64,000 nt of DNA from an uncultured delta proteobacterium (lineage in GTDB: Bacteria > Desulfobacterota > Binatia > UBA9968): positions 32,001 to 96,000 of the forward strand of contig CAVUZH010000020.1 of NCBI GenBank assembly GCA_963745835.1, in the 5' to 3' direction. Shown here piece by piece: positions 51,790-62,089 of this stretch (positions are counted from its first letter, which is position 1; each line of letters starts with the position of its first letter). The notes beneath the pieces are model-generated. The model was not told the DNA's origin. It was given only the letters and a program-made list of their open reading frames with translations, and searched no databases. The position numbers and the translations under genes were made by a program.

Positions 51790-52929
51790 TCACTGGGCTT
51801 TCTTCAGTCGATCGAACTGGGACTTGAACTTTTCACAAGGGTCTTCGTCGTCGATCCGTGGCGTGAACCAAACGTAATCAAAAGGCAATCGGCCATCGGA
51901 GTACGGCAGCGCGTAACTCTGCGGCGTGGTCTTCTGTTTATCGACTTCGACGAAAGATATGCTGATCACCCGCTTGTCCGGCGCCTTTGCTCTGATGTAA
52001 ACGGGTATGCCGTAATCGTCGCGGACATGACCGGCTCCGGCTACCAGGATCGCACCGCCGGGATCTCCCGCTGCAATCAAGCTCTGCGCCATCTGAGCGT
52101 CCCTGGCCCGCTGTACATCAACCATCGGTTTCAGGCTTTTCTCCGGTGCATAGCCGCAATGAGCGTCGCGTATATCAGCCGCCATGCTAGCGAACACAGG
52201 TTCGGGCGGCGGCCTGTCGAGACCCAATTCGCGCATCACCCGCGGATCGAGAGCGGCCAAGCCATCCCTGCTCATCTTCCTCGCAGTCGCAAGCGGCAAA
52301 TTCGTCGCGACGATTCTTAACTTTGCTTGAAGCGCGGCCTCGGCGATCGGCTGATACATCGCCCAATCCGGCCATCCACGTTGGTTCCAATTCACTGCCC
52401 TGCCAAGCCCGGCAGCATCGTTCGGAGCGGCGGCGAGATGTCCGGCGATAATGCTGGCGTCGTCAAGGCCGAGCATTTCAAATGCCACTGCGGGATGTCG
52501 TCCAACGGCGATCAGGCTCCGAAGCACTTCGGCCTGCAGCATGTGATGGTCGGGGTTGTCATGCCGCTCGCCGAGAAGGACGAAATCAGCGCGAGCCAAA
52601 CGCTCGACCAGAGTCTCGCGATCGATGAATCGGTCGGAGGAGACGTCCCAAATACGTCCGGCGAGAGGATGATTTCGACCTAGTGGTGATTTCCACGAGG
52701 TGGCCGAGCATCCTGCCAGGACACACGCTACGTAGCCCACGAGCAGTGCAAGTAAAGTCGTCGCGTGATGTCTTACTTGAAACCCAGCGGGCGATATCCC
52801 TCGTGCATCTGCAAGTGAAAAGTCGATTCCTTCACGGAATAACCGCGCCGTCTGTTGATTTTCAGCAGCAGTAAAATTTCCAGGGTCAGGTCTATCATCG
52901 CAGCGCAAACACATGCGCCGGTTAACCAT
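51790..52929 (-). CDS. ChaN family lipoprotein (true start probably downstream of 52880)
   Basis: LAGC lipobox, VLLGERHDNPDHH, AFEM, QRARDAQMA, AGAGHVR. Confidence 0.82.
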   Translation of the reverse strand: MVNRRMCLRCDDRPDPGNFTAAENQQTARLFREGIDFSLADARGISPAGFQVRHHATTLLALLVGYVACVLAGCSATSWKSPLGRNHPLAGRIWDVSSDRFIDRETLVERLARADFVLLGERHDNPDHHMLQAEVLRSLIAVGRHPAVAFEMLGLDDASIIAGHLAAAPNDAAGLGRAVNWNQRGWPDWAMYQPIAEAALQAKLRIVATNLPLATARKMSRDGLAALDPRVMRELGLDRPPPEPVFASMAADIRDAHCGYAPEKSLKPMVDVQRARDAQMAQSLIAAGDPGGAILVAGAGHVRDDYGIPVYIRAKAPDKRVISISFVEVDKQKTTPQSYALPYSDGRLPFDYVWFTPRIDDEDPCEKFKSQFDRLKKAQ

Positions 52930-52950
52930 GCTCGCTTCCGAATCCCAATC

Positions 52951-54138
52951 TCAAACTCGATGATGCCGCGACCGCTGGTAATGCTGGCGCAGCAGATCTC
53001 TGCCGTAATCGTTGCCGTTGGGCGTCCGCACGATGACGTGAATATGATCTTTGTAATGCTCTTTGTATTGGGGAAAGGCCTGGCCGGCTTGATGATCGAA
53101 CTCGACCAACAACACCGGGCTATGGATGCGGTAATAGAAAACGCTGTCTTCTTCCACGCCGCCGATCCAGGCAAAATAAGTGTCTTTGAAGTGCGAATGG
53201 GTTTCGGCCAATTTGATCGCCGCGTGACCGGGCCGCAGTTTGCCGACGTGAATCTCGACCAGCTGCGCCAGCAAATCATGCTGGGCGCCGTTTAACTGGT
53301 CATAGCGGATGCCTTGATACCCGAGTTCCAGGTTATCGCGGAAAGCCGTGGTGAATAGGTCCTTGGGCAGGCTCGCGCCGATCACCGCTTTGCCGCGCTG
53401 TTCGCCGGTCAGGCTGCGCATTAGCGCGAGGCCGCGCGCTTCTTCGGCCTGAAAGACCCGTGTGCCGGCGTATTTGCCGCTCAAGGCATGCACGGGCTCG
53501 GAGCCGAGAAATGCCGGCGTCATGGTTACCTGATCGCCGAGCACAAAAAAGTTGACGTTCAAATGATGACCGTCGATCTGCCAGCCCCAGGGCTCTTTTT
53601 CGGAGGGTGTGCCCATGATGCTGAGCCAATACAGATCCTCGCCGAACTCGTCGAGCTTGCCGGTCATTTCCATGACGGTCTCGTTAAGTCGCATGATGTC
53701 CCGCGCAGTTTGAAATCCTTGGGCGCTGAGGCTTTCTTGGAGCAGAGCCAACGCGTGATCGATCTGGCGGTCGGTCATGGCAAACAACGGCATACCATGG
53801 CGCATGATCGTGCGGTGGATATTGCTCCACAAGCGCCATTCGGGCGCGTCGACGGGGAAGAGCGTGTGGCGGCGCTGCTCGGCATCGAGCGAGGCGAGAA
53901 ACGCTTCAGCGGCTTCGCGGATGGGCTCCGTCGAAACTCCGGTCTTCTGAATGGGAAATAGTCCCTGAAGCGGCGCGCCGTCGGTAGTAACGCCTTTCCA
54001 GTTTTCGCCGAGCGCCTTGGCGGCGTTGTCGGCATAGTTCGGCGGACCGCCGCCGATGCGCAACGGCCGGCCGTTGCGCCGCGCCGCGGCGATGGCCGCA
54101 GGTTGATTGGTCGGTTTGGCTTCGCTGATGCTCATCAC
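52951..54138 (-). CDS. DUF3500 domain protein
   Basis: WSNIH, WGWQIDGHHL, TPAFLG, FYYRIHSP..VEFDH, HIH..RTPNGNDYG. Confidence 0.88.
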   Translation of the reverse strand: MMSISEAKPTNQPAAIAAARRNGRPLRIGGGPPNYADNAAKALGENWKGVTTDGAPLQGLFPIQKTGVSTEPIREAAEAFLASLDAEQRRHTLFPVDAPEWRLWSNIHRTIMRHGMPLFAMTDRQIDHALALLQESLSAQGFQTARDIMRLNETVMEMTGKLDEFGEDLYWLSIMGTPSEKEPWGWQIDGHHLNVNFFVLGDQVTMTPAFLGSEPVHALSGKYAGTRVFQAEEARGLALMRSLTGEQRGKAVIGASLPKDLFTTAFRDNLELGYQGIRYDQLNGAQHDLLAQLVEIHVGKLRPGHAAIKLAETHSHFKDTYFAWIGGVEEDSVFYYRIHSPVLLVEFDHQAGQAFPQYKEHYKDHIHVIVRTPNGNDYGRDLLRQHYQRSRHHRV

Positions 54139-54303
54139 GGTTCTCCTGATCTGATAACAGTAAAATTACGCGCTCGCCTTTACCCATGTCAAACCGCGCC
54201 GGCGGATTTTCGCATTGACTGGTTTCGGCTCCGGTGTTACCTAAGCTTGACCGCGCGGGCCACGGCGGTCCGAACGGCTGTTCGGTCTGGCGGATTTTCG
54301 GCT

Positions 54304-55299
54304 ATGCGATTGATCATGAAATCACTGCGAATCATTTTTATTGGGTTGGCATGTTTGCTGACTCCGACTTCAAAGCTTTGGAGTGCGCAGGTCGTGCGCG
54401 TGGGCTATCCTTCGCTCGCCACAGGGTTTGCCGCCTCATGGGTGACGGTGGACAAGGGCATATGGAAAAAACACGGCCTCGATGTCGAGTTGATTTTCCT
54501 GCGCGGCGGCTCGCGCACGGTTTCCGCCTTGATCAGCGGCAGTGTCGATTTCATTCTCGGTTCGGATTTGGGGATCACGACGGCGATCATCCAGGGGGCA
54601 AGTTTGACCCGGGTCGGCGTGACGACCAACACGTTGGGCTATTCCATGGTCACGCAGCCGGGGATCAAAACCGTGCGCGATCTCAAGGGTAAGGTCATCG
54701 GCATTACACCCGGCCGTGACGCCGCCTATGCGCGCGTGGTCAAGCTGTTGCGCGACAACGGCATGGACTCGGCGAAGGATGTAACCTTTCTTTCGGTCGG
54801 CGACGGCGGCCCGGCGGCGCGCGTAGCGGCGCTGTCGAGCGGCGTGATTCAGGCGACCATGTTCACGCCGCCATCGGACAAGATCTCCGAGAAGGCGGGC
54901 ATGAGCATTCTTACCCGGCTGGATGTCGCCAACGTCGGCGGCGGCATCAATACGACGCCGGCATTTATCCAGAAAAACCGGCCCCAAGCGCTGGCCTTTC
55001 TGCGCGGTTATGTGGAGGGGATCCACTACTTGAAGGCGAACAAAGACGAGAGCCTGAAAATTTTTTCCAAGTATGTGCGCAACCCCGACCTCGGTATCAT
55101 GGCCTATCTCTATGAAGAGATTTCCACGCGGGCGGAAAAAGATCTGCGGCCGCAAGGCGAAGCTGTCCGCGCGCTGCTTGATCTCGCCGCCCTGGATTTT
55201 CCCCAGGCGAAGAAATTATCTGAGAAAGACAATTGGGATCTGAGCCTCCTCGACGAAATTCAGCGCTCGGGCTTTGTCGATCAGCTGTATCGGAAGTAA
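54304..55299 (+). CDS. NitT/TauT-type ABC substrate-binding protein
   Basis: KKHGLDVELI, DLKGKVIG. Confidence 0.85.
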   Translation: MRLIMKSLRIIFIGLACLLTPTSKLWSAQVVRVGYPSLATGFAASWVTVDKGIWKKHGLDVELIFLRGGSRTVSALISGSVDFILGSDLGITTAIIQGASLTRVGVTTNTLGYSMVTQPGIKTVRDLKGKVIGITPGRDAAYARVVKLLRDNGMDSAKDVTFLSVGDGGPAARVAALSSGVIQATMFTPPSDKISEKAGMSILTRLDVANVGGGINTTPAFIQKNRPQALAFLRGYVEGIHYLKANKDESLKIFSKYVRNPDLGIMAYLYEEISTRAEKDLRPQGEAVRALLDLAALDFPQAKKLSEKDNWDLSLLDEIQRSGFVDQLYRK

Positions 55300-55786
55300 A
55301 CGGGAAGCTGTCAGGAGTGAAGGGTAAATAGTAAGGACTCAACCCGGGTCAAATTTGTGTCCGTCTCCTGGACCTAATTCCGTTCACTCGTCACATTTTG
55401 CTCCTGACTCTTCACTGTTCCGATGGGTTCGCAGCAGATCCCATCGAAGTTTATCCTCAAGCACTCCGGCTTGAATCCCGACAAAGACGTGATCGATCGC
55501 GTCCATCGATACCATAATCGCAGCGGTGCAGTCTCGGGCTACATTGACAGCTCCCGGATATATTAAGTGAGGCGTTTTGGTGGATGTCACCTTTGCTCCA
55601 ATAAGCGCCTAACGAGCATTGCGGTAGAAATTAAACGTGCAACACCGCTGGGCTCGTTTCTTTTGACACCGATCCAGAGACGGCGAAATCTCCGATGCGA
55701 CAGCATCGCTACTAAGTCGTTTGCCAGTCTCGTTCCGTCCATATATGAGCTAGAGATCATTTCGTTGACAAAAGCGAGGAGTCCCC

Positions 55787-57508
55787 ATGGAATCCAACAA
55801 GACCGTAACTCTACCCGTCGAGACCGTCGGCCAGGCTTATTTAGAAGTCCTGCGCGCGCGGGGGATAAAATATTTTTTCGGCAACAGCGGAACTGACTTC
55901 GGCCCGATCATCGATGCGTTGGCCAAGCTGGCGGCGGATAAGAAAGAATTTCCAAGGCCGATCACGGTTGCCCACGAGTTCGTCGCGGTGAGCATGGCGC
56001 AGGGCTATGCAATGATCACCGGTGAGCCGCAGGTCGTCATGGTTCACGTGATCGTCGGCACGGGAAACGCTTCGGCGGCGGTGATGAATGCGTCGCGGCT
56101 GAATGTGCCGATGATTTTTTCCGCGGGACGGACACCGCTCACCGAAGAGGGGCTGACCGGCAGCCGGAGCAATTTCATCCACTGGGGCCAGGAATCCTTC
56201 GATCAGGGCAGTTTGCTGCGCGAGTTCACCCGCTGGGATTACGAGCTGCGCAACGGTCAGCAAGTGGAGACAGTGGTCGATCGCGCGCTAGAAATGACGC
56301 TGGGCACGCCGCAAGGGCCGGTGTACTTGACCTTGCCCCGCGAAGTCCTGGCGCAGAAGATGGACTCGATTACAATCCATCCGTATCGGAAAAACAGAGA
56401 AGAGCCTTTGCAGCCGAGTGCGGAATCGATCAGGCGTACCGCGGAAATCCTCCGCAGGGCGACCAATCCGTTGATCATCACCGGCCGGCTGGGTTCAGAT
56501 CCGACGGCGGTCAGCGCAATGGTTTCCTTTGCGGAAGCGTTGGTTGCGCCCGTGGTCGCGCCGGCAAGTCCGTTCGTGAGCATGCCCAACACGCACGACT
56601 ATCACCTTGGCGTGAGCTCAGCCCCTTACATCAAAGATGCGGATGTCGTGGTGGTCGTCGAAAGCGATGTGCCCTGGTATCCAGCTCAGGGAAAGCCGCC
56701 GGAAACTGCCAAGGTCATTCAGATCGCGCGCGATCCGAACTACAGCGGCGTGCCGATCCGCAGCTTTCCGAAAGATATTTCCATCGGCGGCGATCCCAAG
56801 CTCTCGCTCCAATTGCTGGCTGAAGAATTACGAAAAGGACCACGCGATGAGAAGGCTCTTTCGGAGCGCGCCGAGCACATCCGCGCTAGGCATAAGAAAT
56901 ATCGTGAGGACGTGAAGCAAAAAGCGGAGAAGGCGAGCGGCTACCGGCCGATCAGTCACGCTTGGCTGGCGTGTTGCGTCGATCAGGTGCGCGATCGCGA
57001 CACGGTTGTGTTGAGCGATCATGGCATCGGCAACGAAGTGCTCAACTTGAGCGAACCGGAAACTTATTTCGGCGGCTCGCCCGCGGGAGGATTGGGTTGG
57101 GGCATCGGCGGCGGTTTGGGCATGAAGCTCGCGCGTCCGGAAAAAACTTTCATCGTCACCGTCGGTGACGGGACCTACATGTTCAACAATCCGACCGCCT
57201 GCCATCTGGTGTCGCAATCTTACGGTCTGCCGATGCTGACGATCATCTGTAACAACGCGATCTGGCATGCCAGCAAAGCGGCGACACAGCAGGTGATGCC
57301 GGACGGGTGGGCGGTCAGCACGGGCAATTTCCCGTTGTGCGATCTCACACCGTCACCGCGCTACGAAAAGATCGTCGAAGCGCACGACGGTTACGGCGAA
57401 ATGGTCGAAGATCCTCAGCAACTGCTATCGGCGCTGCAGCGGGCGCTCAAAGTTGTCAAAGAGGAAAAACGCCAGGCGGTGCTGAACGTGATTTGCGGCA
57501 GTCACTGA
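55787..57508 (+). CDS. Thiamine pyrophosphate-requiring enzyme (ALS/benzoylformate decarboxylase-like)
   Basis: FGNSGTDF, HEFVAVSMA, GPVYLTLPRE, GDGTYMF..NN. Confidence 0.9.
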   Translation: MESNKTVTLPVETVGQAYLEVLRARGIKYFFGNSGTDFGPIIDALAKLAADKKEFPRPITVAHEFVAVSMAQGYAMITGEPQVVMVHVIVGTGNASAAVMNASRLNVPMIFSAGRTPLTEEGLTGSRSNFIHWGQESFDQGSLLREFTRWDYELRNGQQVETVVDRALEMTLGTPQGPVYLTLPREVLAQKMDSITIHPYRKNREEPLQPSAESIRRTAEILRRATNPLIITGRLGSDPTAVSAMVSFAEALVAPVVAPASPFVSMPNTHDYHLGVSSAPYIKDADVVVVVESDVPWYPAQGKPPETAKVIQIARDPNYSGVPIRSFPKDISIGGDPKLSLQLLAEELRKGPRDEKALSERAEHIRARHKKYREDVKQKAEKASGYRPISHAWLACCVDQVRDRDTVVLSDHGIGNEVLNLSEPETYFGGSPAGGLGWGIGGGLGMKLARPEKTFIVTVGDGTYMFNNPTACHLVSQSYGLPMLTIICNNAIWHASKAATQQVMPDGWAVSTGNFPLCDLTPSPRYEKIVEAHDGYGEMVEDPQQLLSALQRALKVVKEEKRQAVLNVICGSH

Positions 57509-57683
57509 GGCGGCGGGTTTCTTCCTGGGTCGCCCGTTGAAAGGATCCGGCGCTACGCGTCAAGGTTGCGCCAGTGCGGAGATCGATGTCCTTACCCCGC
57601 AGCACCGATCATTCGCTCCTGGCGAACGGATCTTTGATCGACGCCCCGCTTGTCGCGGTGTGCCCGTGCCGGCGCTCCGATAA

Positions 57684-58265
57684 TCAGCGAGCTAACGACG
57701 TACTTGGCTTGCCTCTTTGCAGCACCGACCCGACGATTGCCCCGCCGACCGCCGCGCTCAGGATTGTCCTCCATGGCCGGGGACGTTGCACGAGTTCGAA
57801 CTCGACGCTTCGAATATGATCATCCTTCTTGAGCATGACAGACGCGCTCTGTGGCTCGATGCTGCGAGAGCCAATTAATACAACCGCAACCGGATTGGCC
57901 CGGCTCCATATGCCTCTTAGAGTCGGCGTGATTCGATACTGCCCGTCGGGAAAAGCATTCAGATGGATGCCTTGCCCCCAGATTTGAAAACTAAGCTGGT
58001 GGTAATCGCCTTCATCCGGTAAGTCCCAACAAGAAACAGAATCAACCACATCTTTCCAGATGCCGGTGCCGGGAATCGGCTCGTACTTTCCACCGCCGAC
58101 AGCGCGGAACTGAGTTGCCGTATGCTCTTCCACGCGAATGTTGAAACCGCTGCACAGATCGCCCAGAGGTCTACCGATGTATTTCTTCCAACGGATGGTG
58201 CCAAAGATCGTCGGTGGTAATGCCACGAGATCGTCGATCGAAACTGTGTCAAACGCTTGCATCAT
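57684..58265 (-). CDS. Hypothetical protein
   Basis: 193-aa ORF with GGAGAG RBS; no recognised motif. Confidence 0.5.
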   Translation of the reverse strand: MMQAFDTVSIDDLVALPPTIFGTIRWKKYIGRPLGDLCSGFNIRVEEHTATQFRAVGGGKYEPIPGTGIWKDVVDSVSCWDLPDEGDYHQLSFQIWGQGIHLNAFPDGQYRITPTLRGIWSRANPVAVVLIGSRSIEPQSASVMLKKDDHIRSVEFELVQRPRPWRTILSAAVGGAIVGSVLQRGKPSTSLAR

Positions 58266-58430
58266 CTTCTCTCCCCATGCGGACTAGAATATTCACGTCT
58301 TCTTCAAACAGTGGCAGTAGTAGGGTCGATCTCTATCTTTGACATTGCTCCAGGTGTTTGACTCAGACTTTGACTTCTCGGCGCGGGTCAGGATTTCAAA
58401 ATACCTGTTCCTTGTCCCGTCGTAAGTCGC

Positions 58431-59438
58431 TTACCTATAAATTTGCTCGATGAAACCACTCTTTTCCAGTTCCCGGACGACGCTGTCATCAATCAGGTCG
58501 TCAATCTTGAGTGTGGCGCCCGGTCTGCGACTCAGCGCTTCATTGATCTGAACTTGGGTCCCTTCGCGGGTTACCAATGGAACCCGATCATGCAACTTGA
58601 CCATGGCGTTGTAGGAGGCTTCTAAGAACTGTGGATTGTACTGCCGGGCGTACTTGCCGATTAATTTCTTGCTTTCTTCCTTTCGAGTTTTGAGAAAATG
58701 TGTCGTCTCAATCAGCGCCATGGTAATTCGTTTAACCGTATCTCGACGGGTCAGCAGAAAGTTCTTGGTCATTACGGAACAAATGAACGGGAAATCGTAG
58801 CGCTTTTTAAAATCCGCTGTGCTGATGAGTATGCGATGCGGCATCCCCTGAGCAAGATGAATAATGCCCGGAGGCGATGGGAACCCTGCGATTCTTCCGG
58901 TTCGAAATGCGCTGGCGCGTTCAGAGCTGCCCCCGACTTGAAGAATCGGCACGTCTTTCACTGGTTCAAGACCCAGCCCGCGAACCAAAACCCGGGCGGC
59001 CACATCTGAGGAGCTGCCGAGCCGGCTGATACCGATGTTTTTTCCGCGTAGGTCTTCAGCCGACTTGATCGATTCGTTAACTACGAGTTCGTAGGGTAAG
59101 GTGTTGATGTAGCAAGCCGTCAGCACTAGGTTTGCCCCGCCGACCGCCGCGCTTGCCACCACGCCTCCGGAGGTGTTTGCAACCTGAATGTCGCCCGCTA
59201 CCACGCTCAGAACAGTGGTCGTTGAGCTGGGGATGAAAATCAACTCGACATCGAGCCCGTATTTTTTATAGATGCCGGTGTCGAGGGCGGAATACCAGAT
59301 TACGTTGGTGGAGTTGTCGGCGCTATAGGCAATCTTTATTCGCTCCTGAGCCGCACTTTGCTCGGCCATCGCAAACTGGCCACAAGCCGACAATGCCATA
59401 GCGACAATAATTAATTGGCTTCTCACTTTTAGCTTCAT
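58431..59438 (-). CDS. NitT/TauT-type ABC substrate-binding protein
   Basis: KKYGLDVELI, DLRGKNIGISRLGSSSD. Confidence 0.85.
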   Translation of the reverse strand: MKLKVRSQLIIVAMALSACGQFAMAEQSAAQERIKIAYSADNSTNVIWYSALDTGIYKKYGLDVELIFIPSSTTTVLSVVAGDIQVANTSGGVVASAAVGGANLVLTACYINTLPYELVVNESIKSAEDLRGKNIGISRLGSSSDVAARVLVRGLGLEPVKDVPILQVGGSSERASAFRTGRIAGFPSPPGIIHLAQGMPHRILISTADFKKRYDFPFICSVMTKNFLLTRRDTVKRITMALIETTHFLKTRKEESKKLIGKYARQYNPQFLEASYNAMVKLHDRVPLVTREGTQVQINEALSRRPGATLKIDDLIDDSVVRELEKSGFIEQIYR

Positions 59439-59665
59439 GTGTATCTGCTAACTGAGATTGTCATCGTACTAACGATGGAGATATCAGGATTACAGACGAA
59501 TGTTCAACAGTTTTTAGGTGTTGGAGAAAATGAGTAGAATCATTCTTACATAAAAAATTCTGTTGGCAGAATTTCGAATTGACTATTGTCTGGCCGTGCT
59601 TCCAAGCTCGGATCGCAGTTTACAGTCTGATGAGCAATGCTAGTCCACTTAGTCATCCATGTCCG

Positions 59666-60055
59666 TTATTTTTCCTTATTGGCTGACATGTTCATTCGCC
59701 CTACCCAGATGAAGGCAACGGCGAAAAGCAGATGAATGACAGCGAACAGCTTGGTCAACGGCCGCGCCCCACTGAACAATCCCCATAAGTCCAAGGCCGC
59801 TATGGCAGCAAATCCGATAAGATTGCCGAGTATGATAGCGTTCCGTGCCCTGGACGGCTCAGCGTTTCGCGCCATCCAGTTAAGGACCGCAATTCCCAGT
59901 AAAGGGCTGCCGAAAAACCGCAGATAGGCAATTAGCGCGGCGGAGGCGTCGTTGGGAACAGCGTCAACGCCGAAGCGCTGCGGGGCAAAGATTAATCCGA
60001 GGCCGACAAAAGCCAGGTAGATAGAGGCGACGCTGAGCAGGATCCTGAGTTTCAT
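59666..60055 (-). CDS. Small 4-TM membrane protein
   Basis: Four hydrophobic segments, AAGGAA RBS. Confidence 0.65.
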   Translation of the reverse strand: MKLRILLSVASIYLAFVGLGLIFAPQRFGVDAVPNDASAALIAYLRFFGSPLLGIAVLNWMARNAEPSRARNAIILGNLIGFAAIAALDLWGLFSGARPLTKLFAVIHLLFAVAFIWVGRMNMSANKEK

Positions 60056-60142
60056 GGGAAAAGCTTCCTTTCGGTAATTGAGTTGTCTGAATTACCCCTA
60101 GGCACAGGAGGGCTTTCCGGTAAGTGATGGATGAAGAGATGG

Positions 60143-60171
60143 GGGATATAGTTTGACTAGCTGGATAAACT
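60143..60171 (+). repeat. Solo degenerate copy of the element-1 TIR
   Basis: TTGACTAGCTGGATAAACT vs TTGACTAGCTGGACAAACT. Confidence 0.6.
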
Positions 60172-60323
60172 CCACTGCTTGCAAGGTCGAAATTTACAGT
60201 CTCGCTATTCGTTCTATTAACAGCGTTATCATTTAAAAGTCGCGAGAGCGTCTGGTGGGCTCTGACCGCAAATCACCTGAAGGACGTTCGGAGCGTTTTT
60301 GCCTGACAGAGATAGTGGCGAAT

Positions 60324-60722
60324 TCACCGGTCAAAGTCTTCCGCTCTTAATTGGATCGGTTTTCCATGCGGCGTTCGGCGCGTCGCGCGCTCCCACGCTT
60401 GGTAATGTTGCGCCAGAGCTTGGGCCGAGGTCGCGCTTTTTTCGGCGACCATGCGCTCGAGGGTTGCGAGCCAATGAAGATAATAAGTTTCGCCTGTGTC
60501 GGGGTCGCCGGCAGCCTGCGCCTTTTTGATCTCCTCGCCAAGCATCGCCGACCACTCGCTCCAGGCGAACAGACCTTTTTGATAGAGCGCCAGCGCCATG
60601 GCAAACGCGTGGGCTTCCCAGGGCGCGCTAAAGACCGGGCCGTTATCATCGCGCGGCATGCCTGGAACAGCTTCGGCGACGCGCCGGGCGGCTTCCGGTT
60701 CGATGGATGACGATTCAGACAC
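60324..60722 (-). CDS. Nitrile hydratase accessory protein
   Basis: PVFSAPWEAHAFA, YYLHWLATLE, TPHGKPI. Confidence 0.88.
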   Translation of the reverse strand: MSESSSIEPEAARRVAEAVPGMPRDDNGPVFSAPWEAHAFAMALALYQKGLFAWSEWSAMLGEEIKKAQAAGDPDTGETYYLHWLATLERMVAEKSATSAQALAQHYQAWERATRRTPHGKPIQLRAEDFDR

Positions 60723-61374
60723 GTTCGAGATAAGGTTCAAAGGCTTCGATGGAGACTTTCAATTTCGGGTCGGTGTCCGGGCCCCAAAGCTCTTGGGCGT
60801 CGAAGCGAACGGTGTAAAGCCACTGCGGATCCTCGCCCTTGCCGGAAGCTACGGAGTCCGGAAAGATGTGCGAGCCATGCAATCGCTCCACCACGCCGAC
60901 ACGGCCTCGCGCGTAGCGCGGCAGACGCGTGTGCGTCGTTGGATGAATGTTTTTCGTGCGCACCCGGTCGCCGACTTTGAATTGCGCGGGCGCCGGCGCG
61001 GGACGGCTGTACGATCCACGTTTCGTGACCTTTTCCACATCGGCCAGCGTGAATGGGCCTCGGGTTAAATTTTTAGCCGGACGCAGCGCCCGCCCGGCGG
61101 CGACTTCGTCGGCGTCGATGAGGCCGCGCTCGATGAGCAGATTTTGATTGCGCAGAAACCATTTCTCGTAGTAGGAGCGGGTCAAATAGAACGAGGGCGC
61201 CATCAATTCAATGGCATAACGGCTGGTGTCGATGGTCCAGGCGCGGAATACGCCGATGGCACGGCTCATCGCCAGCACGCGTCCTTCCCAACGATGATGA
61301 AATACCGGCTCGTTGGGCTCGGGCTCGACTTTGCCAAACCCGTCCATTCCGCCCATATCGTGAACGCCGTCCAT
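60715..61374 (-). CDS. nthB: Nitrile hydratase beta subunit
   Basis: MDGVHDMGG, WEGR, SYYEKW, HTRLPRYARG, YTVRF..ELWG. Confidence 0.93.
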   Translation of the reverse strand: MDGVHDMGGMDGFGKVEPEPNEPVFHHRWEGRVLAMSRAIGVFRAWTIDTSRYAIELMAPSFYLTRSYYEKWFLRNQNLLIERGLIDADEVAAGRALRPAKNLTRGPFTLADVEKVTKRGSYSRPAPAPAQFKVGDRVRTKNIHPTTHTRLPRYARGRVGVVERLHGSHIFPDSVASGKGEDPQWLYTVRFDAQELWGPDTDPKLKVSIEAFEPYLERV

Positions 61375-62000
61375 CAGGCCACCTCGCTTGGTTTCTTCGC
61401 CAGGCCGGCGCCGATCATGCTGTCGCGCGTGACCAATGCGGCGAGCTGAGCTTCGCTCCAGCCCTCGGTTCCCGCCGGCCGCATCGGCACGACCAGGTAG
61501 CGTGTCTCGGCGGTGGAGTCCCAAACTCGTATCTCGGTTTCGACCGGCAGCGCAACGCCGAAATCCGCCAGTACCGCGCGCGGCTCCTTGACGGCGCGCG
61601 AGCGATACGCAAACGACTTGTACCAGGCCGGCGGCAGGCCGAGCACGTCCGTCGGATAACAGGAGCACAAGGTGCACACGACCATATTGTGCAGCTGCGG
61701 CGTATTCTCGACAGCGATAAGATGCTCGCCGACGTTTCCTACTTGGTGCGCAAGCGTAGCAACTGCCTTGCTTGCGTCCTCGAGCAGCGCTTTGCGAAAC
61801 CCGGGATCGCTCCACGCTTTGGCGACCACCTGGGCGCCGATATGCGGCCCGATCTTGGTTTCATAGAGCTCGACGATGCGATCGAGCGCAGCGCTTTCGA
61901 TATAGCCCTTCTCGACGAGAATCGTCTCGAGGGCGCGCACCCGCAGCTCCATCTCTGAAAGATTGGAGCCTCCGCTTTGATCGTGATCATGTTTGGCCAT
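61374..62000 (-). CDS. nthA: Nitrile hydratase alpha subunit (Co-type)
   Basis: VVCTLCSCYP, PAWYKS..YRSR, WDSTAE.RY.V.P.RP. Confidence 0.95.
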   Translation of the reverse strand: MAKHDHDQSGGSNLSEMELRVRALETILVEKGYIESAALDRIVELYETKIGPHIGAQVVAKAWSDPGFRKALLEDASKAVATLAHQVGNVGEHLIAVENTPQLHNMVVCTLCSCYPTDVLGLPPAWYKSFAYRSRAVKEPRAVLADFGVALPVETEIRVWDSTAETRYLVVPMRPAGTEGWSEAQLAALVTRDSMIGAGLAKKPSEVA

Positions 62001-62089
62001 AGGCGAAATATAGCCAAGAAAGCTGACGTTGTGCAATCCGAATTGAAAGGCTACCCGCTATAATACTATCAGCGCAATCTGGCAGGTAG

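Noticed and set aside
50386-53165. DGR template/variable repeat pair
   Set aside because: Only two differences, both outside the coding part, and no reverse transcriptase in the window
61375-61815. Extended NHase beta ORF starting at 61815
   Set aside because: It overlaps the alpha subunit in another frame; the canonical MDGVHDMGG start is at 61374
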